Shown here in pieces: positions 19,549 through 28,853 of a DNA stretch of 64,000 nt. A program made the position numbers and the translations under genes. Source of the stretch: Lachnospiraceae bacterium (GTDB lineage Bacteria; Bacillota; Clostridia; Lachnospirales; Lachnospiraceae); assembly GCA_024403375.1 (NCBI GenBank), contig JAKSRZ010000001.1, positions 11,303 to 75,302 of the forward strand. The letters are read 5' to 3'. How positions within the stretch are numbered: position 1 is the first letter of the stretch; each line of letters opens with the position of its first letter. A model generated the notes under the pieces. The model did not search any database, was not told where the DNA came from, and worked only from the letters and a program-made list of their open reading frames with translations.

Positions 19549-20643
19549 TTATTTTATGCGTTCCTCTGTTTCCTGATCAAAGAGATAAACTGATTCGAAA
19601 GGAACAAAGACCTCACATTTTGTGTGTCTTTCAGGTGTAAGATGAGGATCGAGTTTGAATATGAGATCGATTCCTTCATAAGCTGCATAGACATTGGTGT
19701 TATCTCCAAGGAGCTCTGTAAGGGAAACTTCTGTATCCAGTCTGATTCCGTCGGTTCTTGTAGTTTCCGATGCTCGTTCAACAGCTTCAGGTCTGAAGCC
19801 GAGAATAACTTTTTTGCCTGAGTTCTGATTTACAAATTCATCATATGCGGGTCCGAGCTTCAATTCTTTTGAGGAACCTTCGGCAACAAATCCTCCTGCG
19901 GAAATGGTTCCCTTCATGAAATTCATGGGAGGCTCACCGATAAAGCCTGCAACAAAGAGATTTACGGGATCGAAGTAAAGTTCCTTTGGTGTGCCAACCT
20001 GCTGGATTCTGCCATCCTTCATAACAACAATTCTGTCTGCCATAGTCATGGCCTCTGTCTGATCGTGTGTTACATAAATTGTTGTTGCTCCGATTTTTCT
20101 GTGGATTGCAGTAATCTCAGATCTCATCGTAACTCTTTGCTTTGCATCGAGGTTTGAGAGAGGCTCGTCCATAAGGAAAATGTCAACCTTACGTATAATT
20201 GCTCGTCCTACCGCAACTCTCTGACGCTGACCGCCGGAAAGTTCTCTCGGCATTCTGTCCAGATAATCTGTAAGTCCAAGAATTTTTGCAGTCTTTCTTA
20301 CTCTCTTTTCAATGGCCTCGCCGTCATAGCCCTTAAGCTGAAGGCCAAAGGCCATATTCTCGTATACACTCATATTAGGATAAAGTGCATATGACTGGAA
20401 AATCATTGAAATTCCGCGCTGTCTCGGGGACATGTCATTTACTCTCTTGTCCTCTATGAGAAAATCACCGCTTGTAATCTCTTCCAATCCGGCAATCATT
20501 CTGAGTGTTGTTGATTTTCCGCATCCGGAAGGTCCAACAAACACAATAAACTCGCCATTCTTGATTTCAAGGTTGAAATCATGCACAGCGGCGAAGCCGT
20601 TGGGGTATACCTTATTTACATTTCGTAATACGAGGTTTGACAT
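19549..20643 (-). CDS. sugar ABC transporter ATP-binding protein (MsmK/MalK-type), copy 1
   Basis: Starts at MSNLVLRNVNKVYPNG (ATG at 20643), trimmed from the longer ORF-track call. Motifs GPSGCGKST, LSGGQRQRVAVGRA and FLMDEPLSNLDA. Confidence 0.9.
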   Translation of the reverse strand: MSNLVLRNVNKVYPNGFAAVHDFNLEIKNGEFIVFVGPSGCGKSTTLRMIAGLEEITSGDFLIEDKRVNDMSPRQRGISMIFQSYALYPNMSVYENMAFGLQLKGYDGEAIEKRVRKTAKILGLTDYLDRMPRELSGGQRQRVAVGRAIIRKVDIFLMDEPLSNLDAKQRVTMRSEITAIHRKIGATTIYVTHDQTEAMTMADRIVVMKDGRIQQVGTPKELYFDPVNLFVAGFIGEPPMNFMKGTISAGGFVAEGSSKELKLGPAYDEFVNQNSGKKVILGFRPEAVERASETTRTDGIRLDTEVSLTELLGDNTNVYAAYEGIDLIFKLDPHLTPERHTKCEVFVPFESVYLFDQETEERIK

Positions 20644-20937
20644 AGCCACTAATCCTTTTTTAACGTTGTTTTTCACAATGTTGCAGTATTTACAAGGCAT
20701 TGTAAAAATATTGCCCTATAAATTGCACTAATCTCAATATCATTTTGTGCAGTTTTGCTAAAGAATACACCCTAAACACCGCTAAGTCAAGGCATTTGTG
20801 ACTTTTGCACTATGTCATCCTTGCGATGTTACATTGTGATTATTGCCATGCAGATTTTAGAAAAAGTATATAATTTTGTCCTTTTAAGCAACTTTTACAA
20901 TTGTTTTATATTGTTAAAAAAAGATAAACAATTCCCT

Positions 20938-20951
20938 TGAAAGCGCTTACA
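20938..20951. promoter_or_regulatory. cre-like (CcpA/LacI-family) operator TGAAAGCGCTTACA
   Basis: Fits cre consensus TGWNANCGNTNWCA / WTGNAANCGNWNNCW at every defined position. It lies in the 475-bp region between the ABC cluster and the PAP2 gene. Confidence 0.35.
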
Positions 20952-21119
20952 TCAAGGGTTTGAAGGCTCTTTATCCCGCTAAAGTCCCCCCTCTGTTTTT
21001 CAAACAATTGAAAAATTCAACTATCAATTTCTAAATAATTTATTTATGTCCGACAGAAAAATTGCAATACCACCCACAAACTGTTATATTTTTATAAACA
21101 CGAATCAGGAGGTCTATTT

Positions 21120-21737
21120 ATGCCCGCAGCTATACAACAAATTGACGAAGCAATTCACTATGCAATCCAGTCCGGCTGGCACGTAACAGCCATCGACTGG
21201 ATTATGAAGTTTTTTTCAGTAATATGTAACCACGGCGAGGTCTGGATTGTTCTTGCAATTCTTTTTCTGTGCTTTAAGAAAACACGTAAAGTCGGCCTTT
21301 GCATGGCTTTTGTGCTCCTTATAGAGTTCATCCTTTGCAATGTAATTCTTAAAAATCTCTTTGCAAGGCCACGTCCCTATAATGTGCTTACCGAGTTTGA
21401 GCCCTATCTTCCAAGACTCTCCTCATACAGCTTCCCTTCCGGCCATTCCATGGTTTCTTTCTCCGCTGCCGTATGTATGTACATCGCAGAAGGATATTAT
21501 CTTGTAAAGGACAAAACTGTAAGCTTCTTTAAGCGCCACAGACTGGGTATTTCCGCTATTATTCTTGCAGTAATCATTGCTTTTTCAAGAATATACCTTT
21601 TCATGCACTGGACTACAGATATCCTTGGTGCAATGCTTTTCGGTGTTGTTCAGTCAATAGGATGCACTTATCTGTTGTTCTTCCTGGACAAAAAAATAAC
21701 TGCATCCCTTAAGAGCAAGGATGCAGCCGCAAAATAA
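21120..21737 (+). CDS. PAP2-family phosphatase (undecaprenyl-diphosphatase-like)
   Basis: 205-aa membrane ORF with PAP2 motifs KNLFARPRP, SFPSGHS and SRIYLFMHWTTD. Confidence 0.8.
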   Translation: MPAAIQQIDEAIHYAIQSGWHVTAIDWIMKFFSVICNHGEVWIVLAILFLCFKKTRKVGLCMAFVLLIEFILCNVILKNLFARPRPYNVLTEFEPYLPRLSSYSFPSGHSMVSFSAAVCMYIAEGYYLVKDKTVSFFKRHRLGISAIILAVIIAFSRIYLFMHWTTDILGAMLFGVVQSIGCTYLLFFLDKKITASLKSKDAAAK

Positions 21738-22736
21738 TTACTTTTCCACATTTGTCGATGTGTAGTTCATTGTATTCCACACATCCACATTTAATTCTAT
21801 ATCAGTTTCTGTTCGCCACTTGGCATAGAAGGTTTCAAAAGCTTCTTCCTGCCTGGTGGCGATTATTTCTTCTTTCTTTTCCAGTGTTTTATCAATGTCA
21901 AAGGAACTTTCGCAATAAAACACATAATAATAATCCTTTGTTTCCAGCACCTCTGAAATCTCTCCATCCTGCAAGACCAGAACCTTGTCCTCTATGGATT
22001 TGTCAAGAGAGCCTTTTCCTACATAAATATCCAGCATTGCAGAGTTTTCGGTAACGCCTGCAGCATATTTCAGGAAGTCATCGGTTTTTGAGGCTTCCTC
22101 ATGCATGCCCCTGACTCTTTCCTTAAGGTCTGCCTGCTCAAGTTCTGTATATTCCACCCTTTCTCCTGCAGATCCAATCTTGTGATTTCGCACAGCAAAG
22201 GAATAGAGGTGATGCTGTCCCGCTTCCTCGTTGGAAATATTCGTATCAATATTCAGTGTTGCATACTCAAAAACCTTACGTGCCAGTGCATTGTCCTGAT
22301 AAACCTTTCTGACAATGTCCTTATTTACACCTTGAGAAAGAATATCCGCACCCTTTATCTTTGTCATATACTCTTCTGTCTGAGCATCCACAATTGATAG
22401 TTCATCCACCGTCAAGGATACGTTCAGCTTCTCAGCCTGTGCACATACGATTTTAACGTAAATCATTTCGTCAAGAACCTGTTGTTTTACCACATCTCCA
22501 AGGGTTCCGCCCTCTGCGTTAACCACATATGACCATATATCACTGCCATAGTATTGTTCGTAGTCCCTTCGTGTGGCATCAAGATAAACCAGGCCCTCGC
22601 GATAATCCACCTGCGTGTCGCCTATTCTGAGATAAACGCCCTCAGCCCACTTTGTGCCCTCTTCTTCTTTTTTTACTGCACACCCTGATAGTGTCAATAC
22701 AAGGATCAGTATTATTGCAAAAAGTCTTTTCATCAA
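21738..22736 (-). CDS. lipoprotein, PrsA/SurA-like foldase family (pattern-level call)
   Basis: 332-aa ORF with lipobox LTLSGC. It overlaps the mfd stop by 4 nt (ATGA). The position after mfd is typical for such chaperones in Clostridia. Confidence 0.5.
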   Translation of the reverse strand: MMKRLFAIILILVLTLSGCAVKKEEEGTKWAEGVYLRIGDTQVDYREGLVYLDATRRDYEQYYGSDIWSYVVNAEGGTLGDVVKQQVLDEMIYVKIVCAQAEKLNVSLTVDELSIVDAQTEEYMTKIKGADILSQGVNKDIVRKVYQDNALARKVFEYATLNIDTNISNEEAGQHHLYSFAVRNHKIGSAGERVEYTELEQADLKERVRGMHEEASKTDDFLKYAAGVTENSAMLDIYVGKGSLDKSIEDKVLVLQDGEISEVLETKDYYYVFYCESSFDIDKTLEKKEEIIATRQEEAFETFYAKWRTETDIELNVDVWNTMNYTSTNVEK

Positions 22737-25700
22737 TAGAGTACCTTCATATCGTTTAACAATGTCTTTATATTGTCAAACATCTTTTGTTCCGCTTCTT
22801 TTGCGGTAAGTTTCTTTTTTTCCTTCGGGAATATGTATGTAAGGAATGTAGTGCCGTCTTTTCCCATTACAAGTTTGACGTAAGGGTTGTGTTCCGTCAG
22901 AAAGCCGTCAAGAAATTCTGTCTTTATAGGCGGATTGTTAAAGAACGTAAGCTTTGCACCCTCACCCTGCTGCAGGAGCGATGTTATATACACACTATGG
23001 CACATCGCCTTAATCTGTGCAACGTAGAGGAGGCTGTTTACAGTAGCCGGCACGTCTCCATATCGGTCAACCAGCTCGTCTATCATGTCCATTCGTTCTT
23101 CTTCGGTTTCAATCATGGCGATGCGTTTATACATATCAAGTCTGTCGCTTTCGCTTCTGATGTAATTCGAAGGAATGAATGCCGCTACGTCCATTTTAAT
23201 CTGAGTTTCAAACTCCTCCAGAGGAACGCTTTCTCCCTTTGCCTTTTTAACTGCTGTGTCCAGCATTTTGCAGTAAAGGTCATAGCCGACTTCTTCCATG
23301 TGTCCGCTTTGTTCAGCACCCAGAACGTTACCGGCACCGCGGATTTCCAGGTCTCGCATGGCAATCTTGAAGCCGCTGCCAAGGTCGGTAAACTCTCTGA
23401 TTGCCTGAAGTCGTTTTTCTGCCACTTCTTTAAGCACCTGGCCTCTTTTATACATCAAAAATGCATACGCGGTTCTCGCCGAGCGTCCAACACGTCCACG
23501 AAGCTGATACAGCTGTGAAAGGCCCATTTTATCGGCATCGTCGATAATCATTGTGTTTACGTTGGAAATGTCAATACCAGTCTCAACTATGGTGGTGGAT
23601 ACGAGTACATCAATTTCTCCGGAAATGAATGCGTACATTATCTTTTCCAGCTGGCGTTCGCTCATCTGTCCGTGAGCAAAAACCACATTGGCGTCGGGAC
23701 AAAGCTTCTGTACAAGTGCTGCCCGGTCTTCAAGTCCGGCAACTCTGTTATATACATAGTACACCTGACCGCCCCTTGCCAGTTCTCGATTTATTGCTTC
23801 TCTGATTATTTCGTCATTATGTTCCATAACGAAGGTCTGAATGGGAAGGCGGTCAACGGGAGCCTCCTCCAGAACCGACATATCTCTTATTCCCGAAAGG
23901 CTCATGTGAAGCGTTCTTGGAATAGGCGTTGCTGTAAGTGTAAGTACATCCACGTCCTTCTTAAGCTCTTTTATTTTCTCCTTATGTGTAACACCAAAAC
24001 GCTGCTCTTCGTCCACAACAAGAAGACCAAGGTTTTTGAATTTGACGTCCTCGGAAAGAAGGCGATGGGTTCCTATCACAATATCCACACGGCCTTCAGA
24101 AAGAAGCTTCAGTGTATCCTTCTGCTGTGCAGCAGTACGGAATCTTGACATCATGTGAACGTTGACTCCATAATTCAGCATTCTGCTTGAAAATGTATTG
24201 TAATGCTGCTGTGCAAGAATTGTTGTCGGCACAAGAACAGCCACCTGCTTATTGTTCTGTACTGCCTTGAAGGCTGCTCTGAGAGCAATCTCTGTTTTTC
24301 CGTAACCAACGTCACCACAAATAAGACGATCCATTATGCGAGTGCTTTCCATATCACGCTTTGTATCGTCGATTGCTTTAAGCTGATCGTCAGTTTCTTC
24401 ATAGGGAAACAGTTCTTCGAACTCTCTTTGCCACTCATTATCAGGGTCATATGCGAAACCATTATCCATTGAGCGGATTGCGTATAAGCTCACCAGCTTT
24501 TCCGCAATATCAGTTACGGCACGTTCAACTCTCGCCTTGGTTCTCTTCCACTCGGGAGAGTTTAACTTGTTGATTTTTGGCTTCTTATCCGCATCTCCCG
24601 ATGCATATTTCTGAATTGCTTCCAGGCCTGTTGCCGGTATGTAAAGTTCGCCGTCATTATATTCAATCTTAATATAATCAATGGCAGATTTGTCCGTTTC
24701 TCGTTTTTCTATGCCTCGGTAAATTCCGAGACCACTTCTCTCATGAACTACATAATCACCATAGGTAAGTTCATGAAGTGAATGTATTTCTTTTCCGGTG
24801 GCACCAAAGGTCTTCTTTTGTTTCTTTCTTCCTGCACCAAAGGAATCTCCCTCTACCAGAACCGCCACATGGAGATTCGGATACTCAAAACCTTTATGGA
24901 GTGCACCGTTTACCACTATTACTTCGCCCTGAAGTATTTCTCTTTCCCTGTTATCGACATATATTGCGGGAATATCATAATCTCCCAGCTCCTCTGCAAG
25001 GCGGCGGGCCTTTGCCTGAGAGCCGGTAACAATAATTGTTTTATATTTTTTCTTTCTATAACTTTCAACATCCTTTACAAGCATTTCAATGTTGGAAATA
25101 TAGTTATTAATTGTCTTTGTAAGAAGGTTGTACTCTTCCTTAAGCTTGATTCCGGCAAATCCGTAATCCAGGGTTGAGACCACAAGAAGTCGCCTCATTT
25201 CCGCCATGGCGAAAATCTTCTTTGGATCAAAAATAACGTTTGCCTGGGACGGGATAATATAGCCGGATTCCAGTCGTCCGATCATACTCTCGCTGAACTC
25301 TGTAAGTGTTGCTTCTCCTTTATCAGAAAGACGCATCGGTTCATCGAAAACGATTAAATCGTTTTCTCCAAAGTAATTTATTATGGAGCAGGTTTCCTTA
25401 AAGAAGCACTCCACAAAGCTGTCCACGCTGGATTTTCCGCGGGAAAATTCGATAGTTTCTATGGCTTCTTCACAGGTTGTTATAAGTCTGTGAGCCTGCT
25501 CGTTCTTTATATCTTTTCTAAGTACTTTTTCCTGACGCGAAGCTTCTTTTCGAATTTTCTCAAAGCCCTCATACATTTCGTCATCTGTAAGAGGGAATTC
25601 CGTGGCAGGAAAAACAGTCAGGCTGTCCAGGTTCTCCTGAGAACGTTGACTCTCTGCATCAAAAGATTTGATTACATCAATTTCGTCACCAAAAAGTTCA

Positions 25701-26272
25701 AGTCTCGTGGGAGACTCATCGTTTATGGCAAAAATATCGATTATGCCGCCTCGTACGGCGAATTCTCCGGGAGAGGAAACATTGTCCTGACGCTCATAGC
25801 CCAGGCTTACAAGCTTGGCGGGAAGTGTCTTTGTATCCACCTCATCACCAACCGCAAAAGAAAGCACCTGCTCAGCAATTCGTTCCTTCGGAAGAATCTT
25901 ATCCATTGCAGCATCGAGGCTCATAATAACTATGCACTTTTCTCCCGCCACAAGACGGCGCACAACCTGCATACGGTCCTTTACGATGGCATTGCCTTTA
26001 ATATCAGCACTGTAAAAAATCAGGTCCTTGGCAGGGTAAATGCAAACGTTTTCGGAGAAAAAACGCATATCGTCATATATTTCTTTCGCACGAAGGTCGT
26101 TATATGTGACAATAAGGGTAGAATTAAATTGTTCGCTTAATGCTGCAACAAAATGACACTTATCCGAATCGGCCACACCTGTAATCGAAACAGGTGTACG
26201 GCCTTTGATAAGTGCCTCTCTTGTCTGCAGAAATTCTGCAGAATTATTAAGTAATGCTGTCAGATTATTCAT
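22733..26272 (-). CDS. mfd: transcription-repair coupling factor
   Basis: 1179-aa ORF with a UvrB-homology N-terminus, a CarD-like RNAP-interaction domain and SF2 helicase motifs GDVGYGKTE and VVDEEQRFG. Confidence 0.95.
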   Translation of the reverse strand: MNNLTALLNNSAEFLQTREALIKGRTPVSITGVADSDKCHFVAALSEQFNSTLIVTYNDLRAKEIYDDMRFFSENVCIYPAKDLIFYSADIKGNAIVKDRMQVVRRLVAGEKCIVIMSLDAAMDKILPKERIAEQVLSFAVGDEVDTKTLPAKLVSLGYERQDNVSSPGEFAVRGGIIDIFAINDESPTRLELFGDEIDVIKSFDAESQRSQENLDSLTVFPATEFPLTDDEMYEGFEKIRKEASRQEKVLRKDIKNEQAHRLITTCEEAIETIEFSRGKSSVDSFVECFFKETCSIINYFGENDLIVFDEPMRLSDKGEATLTEFSESMIGRLESGYIIPSQANVIFDPKKIFAMAEMRRLLVVSTLDYGFAGIKLKEEYNLLTKTINNYISNIEMLVKDVESYRKKKYKTIIVTGSQAKARRLAEELGDYDIPAIYVDNREREILQGEVIVVNGALHKGFEYPNLHVAVLVEGDSFGAGRKKQKKTFGATGKEIHSLHELTYGDYVVHERSGLGIYRGIEKRETDKSAIDYIKIEYNDGELYIPATGLEAIQKYASGDADKKPKINKLNSPEWKRTKARVERAVTDIAEKLVSLYAIRSMDNGFAYDPDNEWQREFEELFPYEETDDQLKAIDDTKRDMESTRIMDRLICGDVGYGKTEIALRAAFKAVQNNKQVAVLVPTTILAQQHYNTFSSRMLNYGVNVHMMSRFRTAAQQKDTLKLLSEGRVDIVIGTHRLLSEDVKFKNLGLLVVDEEQRFGVTHKEKIKELKKDVDVLTLTATPIPRTLHMSLSGIRDMSVLEEAPVDRLPIQTFVMEHNDEIIREAINRELARGGQVYYVYNRVAGLEDRAALVQKLCPDANVVFAHGQMSERQLEKIMYAFISGEIDVLVSTTIVETGIDISNVNTMIIDDADKMGLSQLYQLRGRVGRSARTAYAFLMYKRGQVLKEVAEKRLQAIREFTDLGSGFKIAMRDLEIRGAGNVLGAEQSGHMEEVGYDLYCKMLDTAVKKAKGESVPLEEFETQIKMDVAAFIPSNYIRSESDRLDMYKRIAMIETEEERMDMIDELVDRYGDVPATVNSLLYVAQIKAMCHSVYITSLLQQGEGAKLTFFNNPPIKTEFLDGFLTEHNPYVKLVMGKDGTTFLTYIFPKEKKKLTAKEAEQKMFDNIKTLLNDMKVLY

Positions 26273-26291
26273 GATTCCGGCTGTATACAGC

Positions 26292-26885
26292 TTATTTCTC
26301 TTCTCCCGGTTCAGGCTTTTTCTTTTTCTTGTTGAAAGTATTCATTGCCTTACCGATTTCGTCTGATAGTATCAATTCAACTGCAGTCACTGCATCTGAC
26401 AGTGCTGCTCTCATTTTTGGTTCGTCTTCGGCGCTGAAGTGTCCAAGAACGTAATCCTTCAGATCCCATTCCTTGGGCTTTTCTCCCACGCCGATTCTCA
26501 CACGGGGGAACTTTTCACTTCCCAGGTGCTGAATTATATTTTTCATTCCGTTATGGCCGCCTGCACTTCCGTTTTCACGTACTCGAATGCTTCCCGGTTC
26601 ACGATCTATGTCGTCGTATATTACGCTTATATCCTCCGGCTCAACCTTATAAAAGCGTGCCGCATCAGCAATGGCTTCGCCACTGAGGTTCATATATGTC
26701 TGCGGTTTCATAAGGAGAACCTTCTGGCCGCTTATAACGCCCTTGCCGCAAAGTGCCTTGTGATCCTTTTCCGTTACGGATATTCTGTACTTGTCCGCAA
26801 TAGCGGTAATGCCGTCAAAACCGATATTATGGCGTGTACCGACATATTCGTTTGTGGGATTTCCAAGCCCTGCTATTATCTTCAT
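26292..26885 (-). CDS. pth: peptidyl-tRNA hydrolase
   Basis: 197-aa ORF with MKIIAGLGNP...GTRHNIGF...GGHNGMKNI signatures. Confidence 0.95.
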   Translation of the reverse strand: MKIIAGLGNPTNEYVGTRHNIGFDGITAIADKYRISVTEKDHKALCGKGVISGQKVLLMKPQTYMNLSGEAIADAARFYKVEPEDISVIYDDIDREPGSIRVRENGSAGGHNGMKNIIQHLGSEKFPRVRIGVGEKPKEWDLKDYVLGHFSAEDEPKMRAALSDAVTAVELILSDEIGKAMNTFNKKKKKPEPGEEK

Positions 26886-26887
26886 TG

Positions 26888-28426
26888 TTACTCTCTTCCT
26901 TTGTTATAGAGCTTCCCGTTTTCAACCTTAAGCCCCTTGTAGTAGAAAAGTTCAGACAGGTTCACAAACTGGTATCCCTGTGCTGACAGTTCTTCCATGG
27001 CCTTTTCCGTAGCCTCGTATGTATAAAGGTAAATCGAATGCATAAGCACTATATCACCGTCTTTAACGTTCATAAGTGCTTCATATACCTTTTGTCTTCC
27101 TTCTTCTGCACCGGACCACTCGTCAAGCTTTATCTGTTTGCCATGATACTGCCAATCTTCAGTGCTGACGCTCCAGTTAACCATTGGCATAGGTACATTG
27201 ACCATATAGTCTGCATAGCAACCTCCGGGCATACGAATAAACTCAGGTGCACAGCCGGTGGTTGATGCAATAATTTCTGTGTTTTTATTGATTTCCTGCC
27301 AGAAGATTTTAAAGTTGGCTTCTTTATTAAAGAAAGTGCTTGTAACCTTTCCTGTTGAATCCTTAGTCTCTCGGTAATAACCGTATTGATCATGAGAATA
27401 GGTATGTGAGCTTATTTCACAGCCCGCCTCCGACAATTCTTTAAGACACGTCATATAATTTGTCCATGTGCCTGTGGTACTGAAGCGGTTACCAACGGAA
27501 AAGAATGTAAATCTTGCATTATACTTCTCTATCAGATCAAAGAAATGATTTTCAACAGAGGCTCTGGGGCCGTCATCATATGTAAACGCCACCATGGGCT
27601 TTGAGGGGTCAAGATCCATTCTTATGTGCTGTCCGACTTTCTCTCCTGCTGTGTTCACAAAGAGGTACGGTGTGGCATCATTCAGATCGCACTCGTAATA
27701 GAACGCCGGCTGTCCCTCTGTAAGGGTATTCTTCGGGAAGTAGAAAAACAGTTTTCCGTCCTTCATGTAGAAGAAGTTGTAGTCAGATGCTTTATAGGGT
27801 GTCTGATACTTAATAAACTCAGAGTCCTTAAACACATCATCCACAGTGAGTACGTATTTCTGAAGTCTTTCCTTGATTACAGCCAGATAGCTTTCTCTCA
27901 CAAAGTCCTTAATGCCAAGCTGCTCACCTGTTTCTTTAACAAAGGTCATCGGATAATCTGAGCCGGCATCATTTCCCGTAGTGAGAAGTACAGAAACGTA
28001 ATAACCATTATCGTAAAACTCTGCCTTTACATTATCCTTACCTGCCTTCCACTCATCATACTGAGCTGACGCAGCCTCATTTACAGCTCTTCCGAAGCCC
28101 GTGTCCAGACTGAAGGCCGGTGTGGGCGTAGGTGTATCCGTCGGAATTGGAGTGTTTGTAGGCGTAGGAGTTGCCTTTTTTTCATCATTGTCTTTATTTG
28201 GTTTATCTGAACCCTTCGTAGGTGAAGGTGTATTTGTCGAATTTCCGTCTTTGATAACGTCTGTTACTGTCGGTGCCGGTGATACAACATGAGCAGTCTG
28301 CCCCTTCTGGTATCGATCCATAAAAATCACCAGCATCAAAACTATAAGCAATATGAGTAATATTGCTATCAGCACAAAAAGCAGTGTCATCAGACCTTTA
28401 TTATTGTTTTTTCTATTTCCTGCCAT
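26888..28426 (-). CDS. membrane-anchored polysaccharide deacetylase (NodB/CE4 domain)
   Basis: TM anchor, Pro/Thr linker PTPTNTPIPTDTPTPTP, and NodB motifs FTYDDGP and SSHTYSH. The start is uncertain (ATG at 28426 or 28438; the ORF-track start at 28450 is a TTG). Confidence 0.75.
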   Translation of the reverse strand: MAGNRKNNNKGLMTLLFVLIAILLILLIVLMLVIFMDRYQKGQTAHVVSPAPTVTDVIKDGNSTNTPSPTKGSDKPNKDNDEKKATPTPTNTPIPTDTPTPTPAFSLDTGFGRAVNEAASAQYDEWKAGKDNVKAEFYDNGYYVSVLLTTGNDAGSDYPMTFVKETGEQLGIKDFVRESYLAVIKERLQKYVLTVDDVFKDSEFIKYQTPYKASDYNFFYMKDGKLFFYFPKNTLTEGQPAFYYECDLNDATPYLFVNTAGEKVGQHIRMDLDPSKPMVAFTYDDGPRASVENHFFDLIEKYNARFTFFSVGNRFSTTGTWTNYMTCLKELSEAGCEISSHTYSHDQYGYYRETKDSTGKVTSTFFNKEANFKIFWQEINKNTEIIASTTGCAPEFIRMPGGCYADYMVNVPMPMVNWSVSTEDWQYHGKQIKLDEWSGAEEGRQKVYEALMNVKDGDIVLMHSIYLYTYEATEKAMEELSAQGYQFVNLSELFYYKGLKVENGKLYNKGRE

Positions 28427-28511
28427 TTTTAACTCCATAGATCTGCACAAAATGCGTACCCTATATCTTACATCACTTCCACCTATGTGGCAATAGGAAA
28501 GACATTCATGT

Positions 28512-28541
28512 TAAAAGAAAAAGGGCTCATTTCTGAGCCCC
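28512..28541 (-). terminator. intrinsic terminator after spoVG
   Basis: On the minus strand, GGGCUCA-GAAA-UGAGCCC followed by UUUUUCUUUU. Confidence 0.6.
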
Positions 28542-28553
28542 AAGTAGTGTTTA

Positions 28554-28826
28554 TTATTCCAGAGTTCCGTCATTCAAAGCCTTCTCGTAGGCTCCGAGAA
28601 CAAGCGCCTGAAGCCTGTCTCTTGTTTCGGAATTAATGGGATGTGCAATGTCTCTGTACTCACCCTCACCGGTTCTGCGGCTGGGCATAGCTATAAAGAG
28701 ACCTTTTTCACCCTCGATGATTTTAATATCATGAACAACAAACTCTCCGTCAATAGTAATTGAAGCAACAGCTTTCATCTTGCCTTCTTTATCGACTTTG
28801 CGGACTCTGACATCTGTAACATTCAT
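28554..28826 (-). CDS. spoVG: septation/regulatory protein SpoVG
   Basis: 90-aa [14 protein letters not shown]...[33 protein letters not shown] is the canonical SpoVG sequence. Confidence 0.95.
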   Translation of the reverse strand: MNVTDVRVRKVDKEGKMKAVASITIDGEFVVHDIKIIEGEKGLFIAMPSRRTGEGEYRDIAHPINSETRDRLQALVLGAYEKALNDGTLE

Positions 28827-28853
28827 CTGTAAACCTCCTACATTATATGGCTA

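Noticed and set aside
22787-26140. Long plus-strand ORFs (243, 158, 131 and 216 aa) inside the mfd region
   Set aside because: They lie entirely antisense to a 1179-aa gene with unmistakable Mfd motifs. Their products are Cys/Phe/Leu-rich low-complexity sequence with no RBS. This is the typical shadow-ORF artefact.
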